From assembly GCA_041660005.1 (NCBI GenBank), contig JBAZXG010000001.1, positions 4,253-68,252 of the forward strand: a DNA stretch of 64,000 nucleotides, written 5' to 3'. This document shows positions 59,621 to 64,000 of this stretch, in pieces. Both the position numbers and the translations under genes were made by a program. The DNA is from Patescibacteria group bacterium. Its GTDB lineage: Bacteria; Patescibacteriota; Patescibacteriia; GWA2-46-9. The number at the start of each line of letters is the position of its first letter. Position 1 is the first letter of the stretch. Under the pieces are notes generated by a model, which saw only the letters and a program-made list of their open reading frames with translations, was not told the DNA's origin and searched no databases.

Positions 59621-59873
59621 CTCAGGAAGAGTCTGCCCTTCGGCTCATTTCATTCGCTCAGGACACTTCGACTCAGGAAGAGTCATGGGCACTCGCCCCC
59701 TCGACTAAGTCGGTGTCGCTTACCTCGGCAAAATCCTCGGCATCTTCGACGGGACACTTCGACCTGTGGTGAACGTAGTCGAACCATTTATAGTGAACAA
59801 CGTCGAACCACTCAGGAAGAGTCTGCCCTTCGGCTCATTTCATTCGCTCAGGACACTTCGACTCAGGAAGAGT
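59621..59873. repeat. Two 64-bp direct repeats (59621-59684 and 59810-59873), each containing CTCAGGAAGAGTC inverted pairs. The second abuts the tRNA-Val 3' end.
   Basis: Exact repeat visible in the sequence. Confidence 0.6.
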
Positions 59874-59878
59874 CGAAG

Positions 59879-59955
59879 TGGTGGGCGGCAGAGGATTCGA
59901 ACCTCTGACCTTTTGCGTGTCGAGCAAACGCTCTAACCAACTGAGCTAGCCGCCC
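59879..59955 (-). tRNA. tRNA-Val (anticodon GAC). Position 33 is C.
   Basis: Reverse complement GGGCGGCUAGCUCAGUUGGUUAGAGC G UUUGC UCGACAC GCAAA ... GGUUCGAAUCCUCU GCCGCCCACCA. Confidence 0.8.
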
Positions 59956-59995
59956 ATAATGAGTCGTAGAATACTAGCAACATACTTCGTAAATA

Positions 59996-60685
59996 TCAAG
60001 CTTTTTCAACGACGCTTTGCATATAGGAATTTGCCAACAAAACAAGTTTCCGCTGAATTGCTACATTACCACATCGAACATGACAAACGCCTTTATATGA
60101 ATCGTACGTCTTAGACCCTAAAGTACGGCGATCTATATTAACCTGTCTAAAACAGGATAAGGGCAAGGCAAGCTCTTTTGACCAGTACTTTTTCAACTGA
60201 CTTGGATTCTGATCCGCCCGCAAATATAATTCGCATCTCATTTTCTGGATGTCGACCTTATAAACAGTACGCAGTACTTGTACAAAAAATCTTAGAATTA
60301 AAGGATTGGAACTGCCGAGCGCTGTCTCCAAATTTTTCTTGGAACCTTCTCCTGCGTAGAGAATTGCCAATGTAAGCTCAAGAATAGAACGATTGTTAAC
60401 GGGCAGTGAAAGCAGTGTCGCATTCGCTTGTTGCCTGGCTTCTTCTAAACGTTTTAATTTATCGTTGTTATGCCATACGACTGCTTTTTTCCGTGCCGAC
60501 ACAAGAGCATCTTCCCAACGTTTATCTAATTTCTTTTTTTGAGATGGAGTCAACGATATACCCCTTAACCAACCGCTGAGAGTCGAGCGCGGTATAGCGA
60601 GTTTCTGCTCAATGGTACGTATCGACATACCTCGTTTTCTTAACTGTATTGCACGCCCTTTAAATTCAGTCCACTGTGATTTCAT
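59996..60685 (-). CDS. HTH plus LAGLIDADG-like homing-endonuclease-like protein, paralog of 3137-3811, immediately 5' of tRNA-Val
   Basis: MSIRTIEQKLAIPRSTLSGWL HTH. LAILYAGEGSK motif. Collinear alignment with the paralog across the C-terminal domain. Confidence 0.55.
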   Translation of the reverse strand: MKSQWTEFKGRAIQLRKRGMSIRTIEQKLAIPRSTLSGWLRGISLTPSQKKKLDKRWEDALVSARKKAVVWHNNDKLKRLEEARQQANATLLSLPVNNRSILELTLAILYAGEGSKKNLETALGSSNPLILRFFVQVLRTVYKVDIQKMRCELYLRADQNPSQLKKYWSKELALPLSCFRQVNIDRRTLGSKTYDSYKGVCHVRCGNVAIQRKLVLLANSYMQSVVEKA

Positions 60686-60740
60686 GTATACATGATAACA
60701 TCAATGGTACGAATAAGCAAGTAATTCTTTTTTGAAAAGG

Positions 60741-60773
60741 ATGAGGGGGCGGTTGCCGTTGCAATCGCCCCCT
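60741..60773 (-). terminator. Hairpin GAGGGGGCG...CGCCCCCTC downstream of the pyrE-like gene
   Basis: 9-bp GC stem. Confidence 0.45.
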
Positions 60774-60821
60774 CGTCCCTCCTGTGAAACCTCCTTGATC
60801 CTCCTCCTTCTCGTCTCTTGT

Positions 60822-61634
60822 CTACGAACGAATCCCCTTGCTTACCAGGAACTGCTTCCCGTGACCGAACTCTGTGTTGACCGGAACACCGTCGGCGCAC
60901 ATGCCACCAGGAGCGGCGCACTCCTCCTCGGTCAGGACTCGTCTCGTAACATTGAGCAGAGCTTCGATCCGAGGTACGCCGAGATCTTCTGCGGTGATTC
61001 CACCGCCATTGACCAAGACCCCGACGCCAACCACTTCTCCGCCGGCCTGCCTGACCGCCGCAATCGATCCGTGGGCCGAGAGGCCTGTTGTGAAAACGTC
61101 CTCGAACACAGCGACACGTCTGCCTTTGACGTCTGCCGCAAAGCCGCGATTCAGGACGAATCCTTGCCTCATCACGACGAGAGTCTGCCCCGGTAACAGA
61201 AGGAGAACACCGTTGTCGCCGACATCTGTCAGTGATGTCGTTATGCGAACGGGCCGAGATCCTTCGCCGCATGCAGCGATGACCTGCTGTTCGTGCTCGC
61301 AGTACAGCGACAGAACCTCGGGGCGATCCGGACGCAGACGAGTCAGGTGGTGCCCCCCCCAGTGCGACAATGCTACGCCGCCCACCGCTGGAGAAACGAC
61401 CGCATCGATGCCCTCGTCGGCGAAACGCCGTGCCAACATAGCACACAGCGAGGAGGCGACAGACGAAATGCGAGTGCCGCGGTCCTTTGCCACGTAGAGG
61501 TTCAGATGCTTTCTGCTAACCCCTACGAAGTGCCCAGTCAATACTGCGCCACAGCCAGCGAGCAACGAACTTGTTTGCTCGCTCTCTTCCTGTTCAATCT
61601 TCATGGTTCTTCCCTTCCCTGCCGGCGGCTCCAC
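60822..61634 (-). CDS. pyrE: Type I phosphoribosyltransferase, likely orotate phosphoribosyltransferase, GC-rich
   Basis: PRPP-binding motif VAVFEDVFTTGLS. Sits next to pyrF. The start is probably the internal Met (MKIEQEE). Confidence 0.55.
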   Translation of the reverse strand: MEPPAGKGRTMKIEQEESEQTSSLLAGCGAVLTGHFVGVSRKHLNLYVAKDRGTRISSVASSLCAMLARRFADEGIDAVVSPAVGGVALSHWGGHHLTRLRPDRPEVLSLYCEHEQQVIAACGEGSRPVRITTSLTDVGDNGVLLLLPGQTLVVMRQGFVLNRGFAADVKGRRVAVFEDVFTTGLSAHGSIAAVRQAGGEVVGVGVLVNGGGITAEDLGVPRIEALLNVTRRVLTEEECAAPGGMCADGVPVNTEFGHGKQFLVSKGIRS

Positions 61635-61663
61635 CTGAGCCGCCGGGTTGATGGTCTCGACCG

Positions 61664-62674
61664 CTACGCCGCGGCCAGAATCCCAGTGATCTCTTGGTGT
61701 AATTCTGCCACCACCTCTCCAGAACGGGCTTCGTTGTCTCCGCCGTCGGAAACGAAGATGGCATTGCGGGACATGTTGACGACGGCGTTAATCTCGCCAT
61801 CACCGTTTCGTGCCGCCAGCAGCGAACCCCTGAGAGCGCCTGCCTGCTTGCCGATGCCCGGGATCAACAGCGGTCCATCGTAGATCTCACGAATACGGCC
61901 GAGCTCCACCGGATACGTCGCACCTGCCACGAGTCCGATGTTTCCGTTCTCGTTCCAACACTTGGCGTATATAGCCACCTCTTCGTACAAGGGAAGGCCG
62001 GGGCCGTCGGATTCCACCAGAAGCTTTTCCTGAAACTCGGTAGCTCCGGGGTTTGTCGTATGGCACAAAACGAAGCAGCCCTTGTCTGGACGACTAAGGA
62101 AAACGTCCAGAGAACCCGCCTTGCCGAGGTAGCCATGCAATGTCACGGCGTCGGCACCGACAAGATCGAGGAAACGAACATAGGCATCGTTCGTATTCCC
62201 GATGTCGCCGAACTTCGCGTCTAGAATCACGATCGCATCCGGCGCAACCGCATGGATGTACGCGATGGTAGCAATCAAGGCGTCGATACCGGCGCCGAGC
62301 TCAGACAGATAAAACGCGAGATTGATCTTGAAGACCCGAACGACGCCGAGGTTCGCGCTGACGATCCCTTGGTTGAATGCGAGAATCGTCTGGCAGACCT
62401 CGCTCTTCAAGGCCATCCGAGAAATCTCGGTCTGCAAGATTCTCGCTGCCTCCACCCCCACTCCCGGATCGAGCACCTGGCTCATTTTCACCGTCGCGAG
62501 AGCACGCCACGCAATCGAAATGGGCGCATTCGCTCCGGCTAGCTTCACGTAACCCGGAATCTTGGCGAGTTCGGAATCCAGGCCGACACAGACGTGCCGA
62601 CCAGCCGCTTGTACGTTTCTCCAAAGCTCCCTAAAGTCTCGCATGACTTCTCTAACCTCCAAAACCTGCAACAA
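61664..62674 (-). CDS. pyrF: Orotidine 5'-phosphate decarboxylase, long (type 2) form, GC-rich
   Basis: ILDAKFGDIGNT signature. 336 aa. Confidence 0.65.
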   Translation of the reverse strand: MLQVLEVREVMRDFRELWRNVQAAGRHVCVGLDSELAKIPGYVKLAGANAPISIAWRALATVKMSQVLDPGVGVEAARILQTEISRMALKSEVCQTILAFNQGIVSANLGVVRVFKINLAFYLSELGAGIDALIATIAYIHAVAPDAIVILDAKFGDIGNTNDAYVRFLDLVGADAVTLHGYLGKAGSLDVFLSRPDKGCFVLCHTTNPGATEFQEKLLVESDGPGLPLYEEVAIYAKCWNENGNIGLVAGATYPVELGRIREIYDGPLLIPGIGKQAGALRGSLLAARNGDGEINAVVNMSRNAIFVSDGGDNEARSGEVVAELHQEITGILAAA

Positions 62675-62822
62675 AACGTTATTCAGCTGTCAAAGGCCAG
62701 CCAACTTTGCCTAATTCTTGAAATTCGCACCGGCGAAACCTTATCAAAAAGTGAGGAAAGTTACAATGAAAAATAATCTGGCCATTAACATGGAGTGTTA
62801 CATCTATTTCGTTTATTTCTTT

Positions 62823-63250
62823 AAAAACTCATAACGTCCTCGGGCTGTGCCCTCGCGACTATTTGCCTACTTTCTTACTCGCCTAAGAAAGTAGACGGAA
62901 AGAACGGCGCCCCGCATCGACGCTCCTGGTCGGCAGCCATTCCGAAACGAACACGGCGGCAATGAACTTGCTACGCTGCAGACAGCATTGCCGCTCAATC
63001 GTGTTCGTTTCGTCTGTCTGCTCTCCCCGGTCGATGAGGGGGTTTGGCAGGAAGTGGAACAATCCCATAGGATCGGCGTCGGTAATGACCAGTGGAGAGA
63101 ACCGAAAGAATGGTCGTGCTGTTTGACCCTGAGTGAAGTCGAAGGGGAGTTCACGACCATCGGTTCTCGGAGTGCAGTCATACCCCAGCCGAGTCCTGAG
63201 GGCGGGCTTTCTTTCGTCTATTTCTTTGCCCGCACAAAGAAATAGACAAC
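62823..63250. repeat. Composite copy 2 of the ~260-bp element: direct terminal segment (62823-62905), a 150-bp unique segment, and an inverted full copy (63040-63250)
   Basis: Alignment to 45653-45914 in both orientations. Confidence 0.6.
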
Positions 63251-63320
63251 CGTCGGCCATGCTAATGGCCAGGTTAAAATTGAGCGATATAAAAAATTTG
63301 CTTAATTCTAACAAAAACTG

Positions 63321-63350
63321 TTTGTACCATAGTTCGAACTATGGTACAAA
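63321..63350. repeat. 30-bp perfect palindrome TTTGTACCATAGTTCGAACTATGGTACAAA, third member of the GTACCATAG family
   Basis: Exact palindrome in the sequence. Confidence 0.6.
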
Positions 63351-63486
63351 ACGAGAATAGCGCTTTTACGAATACAAAAAACAAACAACTACACTTTTTC
63401 ATTCTCACATTCTTACTTGCCCGTCCGTAGTTCGTGATAGCAAACGAAGGTGGGAGAATGTAAGAATGTCAAAATGAATCTTGATT

Positions 63487-64000
63487 TTATATCTCGAACT
63501 TCTCCCCTATCTCTAAATTCTTGACGGTGATACCCGTCCCCTCAAGCGCCATCTCGCACATTTGATAAATACGGGGGCGGAAAAAATCTTTAACTACTGC
63601 GTCGTGAATAGGGATGACAATTTCTGGCTGTACTTGTTTAGCAAAGGCAATACCTTCTCTCATTGCTAACCACGGCGCAGTCAATGGTAATGCTAAAACC
63701 AATGGTTTGCTCTTAACCACAACCCTCACTGAATCCCCCGGATGCAAAAACACATCATCAACGAGGTACGCAGTATTGAGCACACCAGGAATCGGCAGCT
63801 CGCCGTGCTGCCCATCAAGCACTTCGACAACGAATCCCAAAACATCGAACCGCTCCCCTACTATAACTTTTTGAAATGGAATTCCCTCTTTGCTCAATGC
63901 AGAACCAACGCTTTCGTTTGTAAAAATCGGCGCATTGTTCATCGCCAAAAAACTTTTGATCGCTTCAACCGAACAATGGTCAGCGTGTTCATGCGTAATC
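63487..64000 (-). CDS. Metallo-beta-lactamase-fold hydrolase (partial, N-terminus beyond the window)
   Basis: The HEHADH (HxHxDH) motif is encoded at 63975-63992 on the minus strand, upstream of the track's Met. Confidence 0.6.
   Translation of the reverse strand, partial: ITHEHADHCSVEAIKSFLAMNNAPIFTNESVGSALSKEGIPFQKVIVGERFDVLGFVVEVLDGQHGELPIPGVLNTAYLVDDVFLHPGDSVRVVVKSKPLVLALPLTAPWLAMREGIAFAKQVQPEIVIPIHDAVVKDFFRPRIYQMCEMALEGTGITVKNLEIGEKFEI

Noticed and set aside
60682-61497. Arg-rich ORFs 60682-61446(-), 60874-61497(+), 60732-61196(+) and 61293-61883(+), overlapping the pyrE-like gene
   Set aside because: They are alternative frames kept open by high GC. Only the frame with the PRPP-binding motif, 60822-61634, has a recognisable domain.
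62867-63314. ORFs 62883-63314(-), 62867-63181(-) and 62988-63245(+), inside the repeat element
   Set aside because: They lie within an interspersed repeat. Indels between the two element copies break the frame, so a non-coding repeat is more likely.

Overview
The window looks like a compact, reduced bacterial genome, and almost every gene lies on the minus strand.

The core is a long ribosomal-protein superoperon at 16.5-34.5 kb. It starts with the str operon (rpsL-rpsG-fusA), but a 732-aa secreted multidomain protein is inserted between fusA and tuf. It then runs rpsJ (S10) through rplO (L15), secY, adk and map. There is no L30 gene between rpsE and rplO, and ruvX and recO follow map instead of infA/rpmJ/rpsM. 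A complete F1Fo ATP synthase operon sits at 47.4-54.7 kb, followed by ndk.

Five tRNAs are present: Trp, Thr-UGU, Tyr, Thr-GGU and Val. Small nuclease-like genes sit immediately 5' of three of them.

A six-gene hyf/complex-I-like module lies at 35.9-43.0 kb. Its large and small catalytic subunits have lost the NiFe-binding and Fe-S-binding cysteines, so it is degenerate Ehr-type.

From 43.1 kb onward the sequence is mosaic:
- GC-rich islands carry aroG-like, pyrE-like and pyrF-like genes, plus several hypothetical cassettes, in an otherwise roughly 45% GC background.
- Several repeat families occur: GTACCATAG palindromes, a roughly 260-bp element with terminal hairpins, GGCGGATCCGCC double hairpins, and 38-40-bp perfect palindromes upstream of two envelope-protein genes.
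- A roughly 2.9-kb island is bounded by about 95-bp direct repeats.

The absence of L30 and the archaeal-type short AspRS are consistent with Patescibacteria/CPR, but that placement is inference only.
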